From Octopus bimaculoides (taxonomy: Eukaryota), in the NCBI RefSeq assembly GCF_001194135.2, contig NC_068987.1, forward strand, positions 30,468,407 to 30,502,218: a stretch of DNA of 33,812 nucleotides, in the 5' to 3' direction. Numbering within the stretch: the first letter of the stretch is position 1; the number at the start of each line of letters is the position of its first letter. Shown here piece by piece: positions 22,701 through 31,110 of the stretch. The translations under genes and the position numbers were made by a program. The notes under the pieces are model-generated. The model was not told the DNA's origin. It worked only from the letters and a program-made list of their open reading frames with translations, and did no database searches.

Positions 22701-25700
22701 AATTAGATTTGTTTTTGTCTTTACTACATTAAATATGATGATAATAGCACTGATGACTATAATCCAAAAACTTCAAAAAAGAAATTTAATCTGTTTCACA
22801 ATTAAAATGAGAGGAAGAAGGACTTACTGTTTGAAATACTTACAATAATATCTTCAAGTGAGGAATCTATAATTTCATAGTTGTCAGGTAAACAGTAAAA
22901 TTTCTGTGTTCTTAAATTAAGATAAACTCGATGTCCATCTTGCACACTGTGGGTATATGCATGAGATTTCGTACCACGGCCTAATGATAGGGGATAGTAA
23001 ATGAATAAATTAAATGAAGTAATTCACAACAAATTCATCAAGGGAATAACATTTTGCACTAAATTACATTTCACTGAATGATTTAAGGGATTTCTGTAGC
23101 TGTTAAACTCATCAAATGTGATCTGTCTTTAGACAGCCAATCGAAAGTATATACAAAAATAGAATTGCTAAAATTGTACAATGGAATTATGTATCTTTTA
23201 TCTGTTTTAGTCATTTGATTGTAGCTATGCTGGGGCACTACCTTGATGGGTTTTAGTCAAACAAACTGAACCCAGGAATTTTGTTTTATTAAAGTCTAAT
23301 AATTATTCTATCACTCTCTTTTGCCAAACCGCTAAACACACCAACACTTGTTGTCAAATGGTGGGAAGGGTCAAACAGACGCACACATATCTATCTATCT
23401 ATGACAAGCTTCTTTCAGTTTCCCTCAACCTAATCCACTCACAAGGCTTTTGTTGGCCTGAGACTATAGTGGAAGAGATTTATCCAAGGTGCCATGCAGT
23501 GAACCTGGAGCCATGTGGTTGGAAAGCAAGTTTCTTACCACACAGCCATGGCTATGTGGTAAGAAGCTGTAGTGGATTAAGTGAACAATATTTCCTTGGA
23601 CAGCAAATGTATGCTTTAGTACCATCAGTGATAAAGAGGCAGGATCTGATTTCTAATTAGCAAGCTTTATTTACTCTTCATCATCATTTAATGACTGTTG
23701 TCCTGTTGGCAAGCTGTACCAGACTCCAGTCTGGTTTGGCATGATTTCTATGGATGGATGCCCTTCTTAATGCAGACGACTTTAGAGTATAGTGGGTGCT
23801 TTTATGTGGCAACTTATGGATGCTTTTACGGGACAACGCATGGGCTCTTTTACGTGGCACCACGTGGGCGCTTTTATGTGGCATCACCAGCAGGATTAGC
23901 CTTAAAACTTCTGCTGTGAGGTACGGCTCTTCTTGAGTACAGCCAGGTGCCTGGTATCTCTGTCTTTTGTCATCTCTTGTAATGTTAAATCTATTTAAGT
24001 CTTAAAACTCTTACAAACACAATACCAGGAAGAGCAACACCATTTTAATGTTTTTTTTTTTACTATACTGGAGTAATTTGTTTGGGTCTACAGTACACCA
24101 TACTACCATTGCTTTCACCTGTGAAGCCAAACATACTGAGATCTGAACTTACCAAATTTTCTCCCCCATCTTCCTTAATTTTTTACTTCTATTAGTGACT
24201 CTTTCTCACCATCCATTTCCATCATTATGAATTTGAATTGAGAGCTTGGGTCAAATGAATCTTTCATTAACTGATTACACAACCATGAATGTCACCCCTA
24301 TGGATGTGCTGCAGTTACTCTTTTGATAGAGTACCGTTAGCTCTTCCCTACCTCTTCACAATCCACTATGCTGCAGTCCCATGACTTCACTGTATCCCTG
24401 GCAGGGTGGCTAGATGGGTGCTATGCCTTGCCAAAGGGCACAGTTGTCACCCCGTGAGACATTTTCAAAATAACTGCATTGTTAATCATATTTAATGAGA
24501 GAAAGTTTAGAAAATATTTTTTTTCAACCATGACCTACCTTGGAAGTATTTGCCACAAACCAAGCAGGCATAAACATTGATATGTGATAATGAAACCGAA
24601 CAAAGTTTTTCAAAATCGAAGTCGAGTACAGATCTGCAAAGAAATTGAGGGATAAAAACTACATTATATTTCACAACATAAGAATAACAAGGCATGAATT
24701 TTTTTGCCTTTTGCTTTGTTGGGAGTTGTGGGGGGGAAGGGTTTAATTGATTACACTGACTCCAGTACTCCCTGAAAGAATGAAAGACAAATTTAACATC
24801 GGTGGTATTTGAACTCAACATAAAAACATACAAAATGCATTTTGTCTGGTCTGCTAACAATTCCGCCAGCTTGCTGCCTTAATAATAATAATCCTTTCTG
24901 TTGTATGCACAAGACCTGAAATTTGTGAGGAGGGGCTAGTTGCTTACACTGATACCCCTGCTCAACAGGTGCTTACTGTATCAACCGAGAAAGGATGATA
25001 GGCAATGTCAACCTCGGCAGTATATGAACTTAGAATGTAAAGACAGATGAAATGCTACTAAGCATTTTGTTTGGCATGCCAAAGATTCTGCCAGTTTGCC
25101 GCCTTAATAATAACAATAATGATGATGATTTAAAATTTTTGGGACAAAGCCAGCAGTTTTAAGGAAGGGGACAAGTCAGTTACAGCAGAAATGAACTCAA
25201 AAACACATGTATTCAAAGTGAGTCTATTAACTACACAGGCATATGTGGTAAAAATTTTGCCTCTGAATCACATAGTCCGGTTCAGTCTCACTGCATGGCA
25301 CCTTGGGCAAGTGTCTTCTGGGCTGACTAAAACCTGGTGAGTGGATCTAGTAGACAGAAACTGAAAATACCCATCATATTATGTTTGTGTTACTGTTTCC
25401 TTGGCCTCACATCACAAGTGTCATCGTCATGCAAGCAGAGGCTTTTGCTTCCAATCTTCTGTGAAAACATGTCTGGTGATAGGGTAATGTTATTTTACTT
25501 GGAAACAGGAGGGCTTGTAGTAGGAAGGGCGTCTGGATGCAGGAAATCTGCTTTAACAAATTATGTCTGAACCATGCAAGTCTAAATAAGTGTTTGTTAG
25601 AACAATTATGATAAGGATGATGGCAGTCATGCCTGCACTTTATTTGAGAATATTTCTATAAACATTTAATAGAAGGTCGAATTGATAGGGTGAAGTGAAC

Positions 25701-28201
25701 ATGTCAAGTAAGGTAATAATAAATAAATTTATAAGGTGTACATTAAGAAACAGAGGAATATAACTGGAATTAGTAACAACCAAATTTCCCTCAAATCACA
25801 CCTTGTCATATAAGAAAAGGATAGACATTGGATAATGAAATTTTAGATTAAAATGACAAGTTGATCATGGTTGGAATGCTTTTGATCAAAGGTGCTGGAT
25901 CAGAGATGATCTTGGGTTAAACAAACAGTAATTTAAATAGATTTTTTTTTCTATAGTTTCAGCTCAGAGCTGCAGCCATATTGATGTACCGCCATTGGTA
26001 AATTTTCCTTAATTTATCATCATCACCATCATTTAACGTCTGTTCTCCATGCTGATTTGGCATGATTTTTAAGGCTGGGTGCCCTTCCCAATGCCAATCA
26101 TTTTACAGAGTGTGCTGGATGCTTTTACATGGAGCTACACAGGTGCTTTTATGTGGCACCACCATGAGTGCTTTACACCACCAGAAGGATTGGTCTTAAC
26201 ACTTCTACTGTGGGATACAGGTCACCTTGAGTATGGCCAACTTAGGGTTTATATTATTAAAATACATTGCTTAACTTGAATCAACAAGGGAATCTCTATG
26301 CAGTTGCTTGACCTGCTTGTGATAGTAGACAAGTCTCCCACAAATCATGTTATCATTTAAAAACTGGGAAGAACACACTGGATTTATTGGGTTGTCCGGA
26401 AAGTTCGTGCCGATTTATAGCTTACCTTTCGACTTATTTGCCATGAAACCACCTCAATTCTGCGAAGAGGGTATTTTCAAGTTAAAAGAAAGATGGAGAC
26501 GCATTGTGCAACAAAATGGTTCATATTTGGTTAATTAAAAATGTAATGTAAGTATTTATTGACCTTTTTCTTGCCTTTAAAAATTGGCACAAACTTTCCG
26601 GACAACCCAATAGTTGTTTTGGGTGTGGAAAAGGAAGGAGTCATGAAAGCTTTAATTTTATGCCAGCTCAGTCAAAGTAGGGATGAGTTGAATGTAATAA
26701 AGAATAGCTTACCTGTTTATGGTATCAAGGTAAGGGCAAGATCGACTACGGTCACTTTCAGCTGAACAAATAGAATTGAAAATAAACACATTATATAGCC
26801 ATCAGAAGTAATTTTAAAGTTTTGTATTCAGAGAATAAATAACTCATATATATAAGCATTATTATTTTATAAAATCTTCTCGAGGTATTCGGAGAGAGAG
26901 ATTTAATATTGATGAAATATTTACAGATTTTCAAAAATATAAATACATGGAGACTGAAAGATATGGATATATAACGTGACTTTAATATATATACGGACTG
27001 ATGACATATTTAAAAATATGACAAATATAAATACTTGGAAAAGTGACTTAGCAAAGATGTGGCTGTCTTCTAGTGCCTGGAGTCTGTATGATCCAATTCC
27101 TCCATCAACCAAGGTACCCAAACGTTGTCTATGCATTCACTGACAAGCTATTGGTGACTTATGAAAATGAGATGTGGGGAAAATGTCCAGATGTTTTCTG
27201 AAGACATCTTAGGACCAATCTAAGAATATATGACACACTTGTTGGCACTCTGTCGCTTACGACATCGAGGGTTCCAGTTGATCCGATCAACGGAACAGCC
27301 TGCTCGTGAAATTAACGTGCAAGTGGCTGAGCACTCCACAGACACATGTACCCTTAACGTAGTTCTCGGGGATATTCAGCGTGACACAGTGTGACAAGGC
27401 TGACCCTTTGAATTACAGGCACAACAGAAACAGGAAGTAAGAGTGAGAGAAAGTTGTGGTGAAAGAGTACAGCAGGGTTCTCCACCATCCCCTGCTGGAG
27501 CCTCGTGGAGCTTTAGGTGTTTTCGCTCAATAAACACTCACAACGCCTGGTCTGGGAATCGAAACCGCGATCCTATGACTGCGAGTCCGCTGCCCTAACC
27601 ACTGGGCCATTGCGCCTCCTCATATGACACAACCACATTACAAATGAAGTAATTTTGAAGAATAGGGCTGAGTAACCTAAAGAATACCACTATTGTATAA
27701 GGTAGTGCTTTGTTGATAGAATGAGTACCAGTTGAGCACTGGTGCTGTCCTAATTGACTAGGCCCTTTCCACCAAATTTAAGCTCTTGTGCTAATAGTAG
27801 AAAAGATCATTCATCATCAACATTTAATGTCAGTTGTTCATGCTAACATGGGTATGATAGTTTGACCAGAGCTGGCAAGCCAGAGAGCTGCATCAGGCAT
27901 CAGTTTGATTTGGCATGGTGTCTGTGGCTGGATGCCCTTCCGAACACCAAGGGTGTGCTGGATGCCCTTCCTAACACCAGAGTGTGCTGGGAGCTTTTAT
28001 GTGGCACCACATGGGTGCTATTAATGTGATGCAACACAGGCGCTTTTATGAGGCACTGGTACAAGGACTCTCGGAGGTCAATCCTCTCTACCCAGGAGAG
28101 CAGAGGTATTGTTAAGTACAGTAAGGTGCCATGCATCCCAGTCCTTTGTCATCTTGCCTGAAATGCTCAGCGTCCTGAGATCATTTTTCAGTACTTCATC
28201 C

Positions 28202-28242
<41 letters not shown>

Positions 28243-30637
28243 TTAGCAGTATTTTGCCTGTGGCTATGTTCTGAGTTTAAATTCTGCCACACTTGACTTT
28301 GCCTTTCATCCTTTTGAGGTCGATAAAATAAGTACCAGTAGAACACTGGAGTTGATGTAATCGACTCATCCCCTTCCCCAAAACTGCTGCCTTTGTGGCA
28401 AAATTTGAAACCATTATTATTATTGTTGCTGTTGTTGTTACAGAATCATTACAGCATCAGATAAAAGTACCTTGCAATATTTGTTCCAGCACTTTACATC
28501 CTGAGTTCAAATACAGCTGAAGTCAACTTTGTTAAAGCTTTACTAACTTGATTGATCTGTGATGAAACCTGGATTTAATTTCATTTTATACCTACTTTGC
28601 TATCAATTATATAGATAATTGCAAACATGGTCTGTAAAGATAACTTATTTTAATACAATATTTATGTGTACATTTCCAAAAATGTTTTTTCTGTTGCACG
28701 CGAGTGCACACACGCACTGGGTAAAAGTTCAGTATGAATTATGTTATTTATTGCTGTATGCACATGTAAAATTACAGCTCAATTCCAATTGAAATGAACA
28801 TTTTTTTATTTTGTAATTCGTGTTTGTGATGAGTATATTAAAAAAAAATCTGATCTTCAATATAAACTTAAAAGGAACTTTTTTCAGAAATAGTGTCATT
28901 TAGCTGTTGTTTCTAGCATGTTGGAAGTGACATATTTGCATCCCTCCCCTATTTTCCCCCCACTCCAAAAAATTTTCTTCGGATTCCTGNNNNNNNNNNN
29001 NNNNNNNNNNNNNNNNNNNNNNNNNNNNNNNNNNNNNNNNNNNNNNNNNNNNNNNNNNNNNNNNNNNNNNNNNNNNNNNNNNNNNNNNNNNNNNNNNNNN
29101 NNNNNNNNNNNNNNNNNNNNNNNNNNNNNNNNNNNNNNNNNNNNNNNNNNNNNNNNNNNNNNNNNNNNNNNNNNNNNNNNNNNNNNNNNNNNNNNNNNNN
29201 NNNNNNNNNNNNNNNNNNNNNNNNNNNNNNNNNNNNNNNNNNNNNNNNNNNNNNNNNNNNNNNNNNNNNNNNNNNNNNNNNNNNNNNNNNNNNNNNNNNN
29301 NNNNNNNNNNNNNNNNNNNNNNNNNNNNNNNNNNNNNNNNNNNNNNNNNNNNNNNNNNNNNNNNNNNNNNNNNNNNNNNNNNNNNNNNNNNNNNNNNNNN
29401 NNNNNNNNNNNNNNNNNNNNNNNNNNNNNNNNNNNNNNNNNNNNNNNNNNNNNNNNNNNNNNNNNNNNNNNNNNNNNNNNNNNNNNNNNNNNNNNNNNNN
29501 NNNNNNNNNNNNNNNNNNNNNNNNNNNNNNNNNNNNNNNNNNNNNNNNNNNNNNNNNNNNNNNNNNNNNNNNNNNNNNNNNNNNNNNNNNNNNNNNNNNN
29601 NNNNNNNNNNNNNNNNNNNNNNNNNNNNNNNNNNNNNNNNNNNNNNNNNNNNNNNNNNNNNNNNNNNNNNNNNNNNNNNNNNNNNNNNNNNNNNNNNNNN
29701 NNNNNNNNNNNNNNNNNNNNNNNNNNNNNNNNNNNNNNNNNNNNNNNNNNNNNNNNNNNNNNNNNNNNNNNNNNNNNNNNNNNNNNNNNNNNNNNNNGCG
29801 TCCGGTCTAGCTAGTCGTGAGTGGTCGATCCTAACCCTAAACACGTATTCATTTGCACACGCAGGTTAGGGTTATGGTTAGGGACAGGGTTAGGGTTAGG
29901 ATCGACCACTCAAGACTAGCTAGCGCGGACGCGCGACTGCGCGTTCGGGTCCGCGCTGCTTTAGTAGTACCAAACAAACCAGCTAAAAATTCATGGTCGG
30001 AAATTTTGCGATACACCATCACTGTCATTATCATCCCCATTATTAAGGCGGCGAACTGGCGGAATCGTTGGAGCGTCGGTAGAGACACCGTGCGGTATTC
30101 ATGCTGGCTCTTTACGTTCTGAGTTCAAATCCCGTCGCTGTCAACTTTGCTATCCATCCTATCGTAATCGATAGAAATAAAGTACGAGTCTAGTACTGGA
30201 GCCGATTTGATAGACTAACCCCTGTACAATGAAAGTTACTGGTCGTGTGCCTAAAATAACAATTATTATTGCTTTATTGTCCCAACTAATAACTACAAGT
30301 AGTCCCGCCAATTTTGGCCCTTGTCATCAACCATCGACTATAAATATTTTATTCTCTATCACGTCTGTTTATAGATTGTAATTTGCTGTAAATTTTGTGG
30401 CCGAAATAAATAAACTGATTAAAAAAAAGAAAATGAAAATAGTTTTAAAGTAAAACTAAGTTTCAATGAATTTAGTGAAAAAGTAAATTTACACACTGCA
30501 AATAGCAATCTAATAATAATAAATATTGAGTTACCTTCTGCTACGTAAGATTTATTTTCTTTTTTAGATTTTTTAGGCGAGATATTCTCAGTGGAAGTTT
30601 TCTCAAGAAGACGTTTACCATTGACTTGATCAGCCAT
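2086..30637 (-). CDS. USP39: USP39/Sad1 (U4/U6.U5 tri-snRNP-associated protein 2), whole spliced CDS of 14 coding exons, 512 aa
   Basis: Manually spliced exons (103+49+95+137+97+56+226+146+46+224+62+142+87+69 = 1539 nt) join in frame with GT-AG at all 13 introns. The protein has the ZnF-UBP (CPYLDTINRSVLDFDFEKLC...CLVCGKYFQGRG) and an inactive USP domain (GLNNIKANDY; TYDLIANIVH; ILPQMITLSESYIQ), as in known USP39 proteins. Confidence 0.97.
3378..3464 (-). CDS. USP39: USP39 coding exon 13 (GTGKWFELQDLHVADILPQMITLSESYIQ)
   Basis: cttcag|GGA...CAG|gtaagc; 87 nt. Confidence 0.97.
3505..3680 (+). mobile_element. RTE-type LINE 3' ORF remnant
   Basis: Degenerate translation VLKADFWTLNLTEMTK...AVLEKT resembles the RTE C-terminus and the in-window copy at 17620-17790. 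Confidence 0.5.
3690..3997 (+). mobile_element. Modular SINE-like repeat family A (cut by assembly gap)
   Basis: Highly similar to 13685-13950; repeated GGCAC(A/G)TAAAA...TTTGAGCG...GCCAGT modules. Confidence 0.75.
3998..4308. other. Assembly gap (N run); further gaps at 28990-29798 and 31639-32220
   Basis: Runs of N. Confidence 1.
4600..5270. repeat. Pyrimidine-rich interspersed repeat (host of the MITE); related copies near 10690-10940, 12690-13060 (inverted), 16850-16950, 18050-18320
   Basis: 4685-5100, with the MITE removed, aligns by eye to 10700-10940. Confidence 0.6.
4830..5006. mobile_element. Tc1/mariner-type MITE, 177 bp
   Basis: 26-bp TIR CAGGGTGTCCACAAAGT(C/T)TGGGTACA with 1 mismatch; TA duplicated at 4828-4829 and 5007-5008; a paralogous empty site exists at 10835-10850. 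Confidence 0.9.
5757..5898 (-). CDS. USP39: USP39 coding exon 12 (NIDFGDLLTPEIRVKHPYTTYDLIANIVHEGESGSDKGTYRVHILHK)
   Basis: ttctag|A...AAG|gtaaat; 142 nt; degenerate His box (GTY instead of GHY). Confidence 0.97.
6457..6833 (-). mobile_element. tRNA-derived SINE family C with internal (TA)n/(CA)n; other copies 23196-23550 (-), 25240-25400 (+), partial near 1745-1830 and 16490-16600
   Basis: Head TGTGGTAAGTAGCTTG...GGTTCAGTCCCAC (A/B-box-like); shared GGCACCTTGGG and CATCGCCGCAGTCAAATGACTGAAAC-type blocks. Confidence 0.75.
7592..8040 (-). mobile_element. Older family A SINE copy
   Basis: GAAGGGCATCCAGCTGTAGAAAC-like core and ...TAAATGATGATGATG tail on the minus strand. Confidence 0.65.
8256..8317 (-). 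CDS. USP39: USP39 coding exon 11 (RFTKNYFVSEKNPTIVNFPIK)
   Basis: tttcag|CGA...AA|gtaagt; 62 nt; conserved EKNPTIVNFP. Confidence 0.96.
9085..9402. mobile_element. hAT-type MITE, 318 bp
   Basis: 14-bp TIR CAGGGCTGACCAAC / GTTGGCCAGGCCTG (12/14); 8-bp TSD GTTTAAAA / GTTTAAAG (7/8). Confidence 0.75.
10286..10509 (-). CDS. USP39: USP39 coding exon 10 (ETAEDTQFLYLTCDLPAPPLY...LPPYIILYVK)
   Basis: ttacag|AA...AAG|gtaaat; 224 nt. Confidence 0.97.
12160..12205 (-). CDS. USP39: USP39 coding exon 9 (KEEEKEKLLQMEEYQ)
   Basis: tttcag|AAA...G|gtaagc; 46 nt; bridges the phase-0 end of exon 8 to the phase-1 start of exon 10. Confidence 0.92.
13065..13400 (-). pseudogene. RTE-clade LINE reverse transcriptase fragment (frameshifted)
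   Basis: Minus-strand remnants KGKDDALEGSNYRGIKLQDQVVK...EMQFDYVQRRSTTDALFLVRQL...KPLYLAFV match RTE RT domains 0-3. Confidence 0.8.
13545..14250. mobile_element. piggyBac-like MITE (TTAA|CCTTT...AAAGGG|TTAA) interrupted by a family A insertion at about 13651-14140
   Basis: The flanks of the inner insertion join to match the intact copy at 14580-14800; TTAA on both sides. Confidence 0.75.
13651..14140 (+). mobile_element. Family A SINE-like element, young copy with (GAT)n tail
   Basis: Ends CGTCCAACCCATGCTAGCATGGAAAGTGGACGTTAAACG(ATG)n; roughly 90% identical by eye to 18810-19018 and to 17263-17450 (inverted). Confidence 0.85.
14314..14459 (-). CDS. USP39: USP39 coding exon 8 (GDAVYFMSWFLNALH...RKVPPLDL)
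   Basis: ttctag|GT...TTG|gtaagt; 146 nt. Confidence 0.96.
14580..14800. mobile_element. piggyBac-like MITE, 221 bp; partial copy at about 16948-17115
   Basis: TTAA|CCCTTTAG...CTAAAGGG|TTGA termini. Confidence 0.75.
15972..16197 (-). CDS. USP39: USP39 coding exon 7 (ALSHVPPLRNYFLQ...FQITEQ)
   Basis: ttttag|GCT...G|gttagt; 226 nt; overlaps ORF 15967-16185. Confidence 0.97.
17130..17790 (+). mobile_element. RTE LINE 3' remnant split by an antisense family A element
   Basis: LREKLGIRGI...RLSWFGHMMQMDENSC (17130-17250) continues as GSCGRGRPRKRWDEVLKADLKMLSL (17620-17790). Confidence 0.75.
17255..17620 (-). mobile_element. Family A SINE-like element (antisense)
   Basis: Reverse complement of the 13900-14120 and 18770-19000 sequence. 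Confidence 0.85.
18669..19018 (+). mobile_element. Family A SINE-like element with (GAT)n tail
   Basis: Same core and tail as 13651-14140. Confidence 0.85.
19117..19172 (-). CDS. USP39: USP39 coding exon 6 (GIVGLNNIKANDYCNVILQ; degenerate Cys box)
   Basis: acttag|GT...CAG|gtaagg; 56 nt. Confidence 0.96.
19674..19739. repeat. (TA)33 microsatellite followed by (CA)n
   Basis: Read directly. Confidence 0.95.
20472..21200 (-). mobile_element. hAT (Buster/Charlie-like) DNA transposon 3' remnant with transposase C-terminus and one TIR
   Basis: TIR CAGTGGTTCCCAACC at 20472-20486. Minus-strand frames KLDLWLKNVE...HLSLLKTELMHYFP...EELIDIQAD...FWLSM...YPMLA...GFSA...FRCAVSKVMPRIDQLVEKKQIQPSH* (stop 20623-20625) fit the ZBED5/Buster-type hATC dimerisation region; frameshifted. 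Confidence 0.85.
21311..21407 (-). CDS. USP39: USP39 coding exon 5 (YVLNPTFNNFHIKKLDSNPKLSRAYDGTTYLP)
   Basis: ccacag|TAT...G|gtaaaa; 97 nt. Confidence 0.96.
22844..22980 (-). CDS. USP39: USP39 coding exon 4 (GRGTKSHAYTHSVQDGHRVYLNLRTQKFYCLPDNYEIIDSSLEDII)
   Basis: cattag|GC...ATT|gtaagt; 137 nt. Confidence 0.97.
23678..23975 (-). mobile_element. Older family A SINE copy; further copies near 5310-5510, 17795-18000, 18400-18590, 25500-25625, 26016-26240, 27811-28190
   Basis: GGATGCCCTTC(C/T)TAA core and (GAT)n tail. Confidence 0.65.
24539..24633 (-). CDS. USP39: USP39 coding exon 3 (SVLDFDFEKLCSVSLSHINVYACLVCGKYFQ)
   Basis: tttgcag|A...G|gtaggt; 95 nt; ZnF-UBP cysteines. Confidence 0.97.
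24700..25110 (-). mobile_element. Two tandem family B SINE copies; others at 8060-8180, 12235-12365, 15380-15605, 15790-15915, 19305-19400
   Basis: Shared GACTTTGCCTTTCATCCTTTCGGGGTCGAT...AGTACCAGT-like core and AAGGCGGCGAGCTGGCAGAA-like head. Confidence 0.7.
26387..26610 (+). mobile_element. Internally deleted mariner element (224 bp) retaining the last ~30 transposase codons
   Basis: 30-bp TIR TTGGGTTGTCCGGAAAGTT(C/T)GTGCC(G/A)ATTT (28/30); TA flanks at 26385-26386 and 26611-26612; peptide KPPQFCEEGIFKLKERWRRIVQQNGSYLVN* matches the mariner transposase C-terminus. Confidence 0.9.
26713..26761 (-). CDS. USP39: USP39 coding exon 2 (AESDRSRSCPYLDTINR)
   Basis: tttgttcag|CT...AG|gtaagc; 49 nt; conserved CPYLDTINR. 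Too short for the ORF track. Confidence 0.95.
27238..27621 (-). mobile_element. Full-length young tRNA-derived SINE (family D)
   Basis: 5' GGAGGCGCAATGGCCCAGTGGTTAGG (A box) ... GGTTTCGATTCC (B box); 10-bp TSD ATATGACACA (27228-27237 and 27622-27631); CpGs largely intact. Confidence 0.9.
28204..28425 (+). mobile_element. (ATT)n tract plus family B SINE copy
   Basis: CTTTGCCTTTCATCCTTTTGAGGTCGATAAAATAAGTACCAGT core; AAATTTGAAACCATTATTATT tail. Confidence 0.75.
29799..29956. repeat. Short palindromic element with TTAGGG telomeric-type repeats and a GC-rich terminal hairpin
   Basis: 42-bp inverted repeat (29799-29840 vs 29890-29931, 3 mismatches); six TTAGGG-like hexamers at 29866-29900; 8-bp GC stem 29923-29930/29949-29956. 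Confidence 0.7.
30044..30270 (+). mobile_element. Family B SINE copy, CpG-retaining
   Basis: AAGGCGGCGAACTGGCGGAATCGTT head; TTCTGAGTTCAAATCC B-box-like; core as in other family B copies. Confidence 0.7.
30535..30637 (-). CDS. USP39: USP39 coding exon 1 (MADQVNGKRLLEKTSTENISPKKSKKENKSYVAE, phase 1)
   Basis: ATG at 30637 in an AAATATGGC context; donor G|GTAACT; phase matches exon 2. The peptide is poorly conserved and Lys-rich, so this rests mainly on phase and splice signals. An extra exon in the intron-1 gap cannot be excluded. Confidence 0.75.
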
Positions 30638-31110
30638 ATTTACCACAAAGTGTAATTCAGGATAATGTTGTTATTGCAACACAAATATAAGAGTAAATTA
30701 TGATACATAAAATGTAGCATGTTTCAATATAAAATAAAATATTAAAAAAAAGAAATAGAATTTTCAATATAAAATTTTAAATGAATTAAAGTTTTAAATA
30801 TGTTAAGACTAACTCACACTGTGTGTCGCTAACTCAAAATAATTTGGTTTACGGTAAAACGGTGTCTTTTTTTTTTTTCCATGTTTTGGCGGTGTAATGT
30901 TTGTTAATTAACATTGGTAAGACAAGCAAGCCTAACTTGGAAAATAGTTTACGGAGCAGTAGCAAATCCCAAACCGAAGTCTTTGGTGATGCAACAGTTT
31001 TTCTTAGTGAAATAAGCCACGACAATGTTTGATGGTGTTGAAAGTGAAACTTGGTAACGTTAGTTTTGTTGATAGCCAAGTTAGAAGTATACTTGTGCCT
31101 CTCCTCAGTG
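30638..31110. promoter_or_regulatory. USP39 5' UTR/promoter region, possibly bidirectional
   Basis: Repeat-free stretch upstream of the ATG; YY1-like GCCATATT/CCATGTT motifs; a divergent ATG|GTGAGT at 31111-31119. Confidence 0.4.

Noticed and set aside
26921-27136. ORF with a possible donor as an extra USP39 exon
   Set aside because: No similarity to USP39, and exons 1 and 2 already join in phase.
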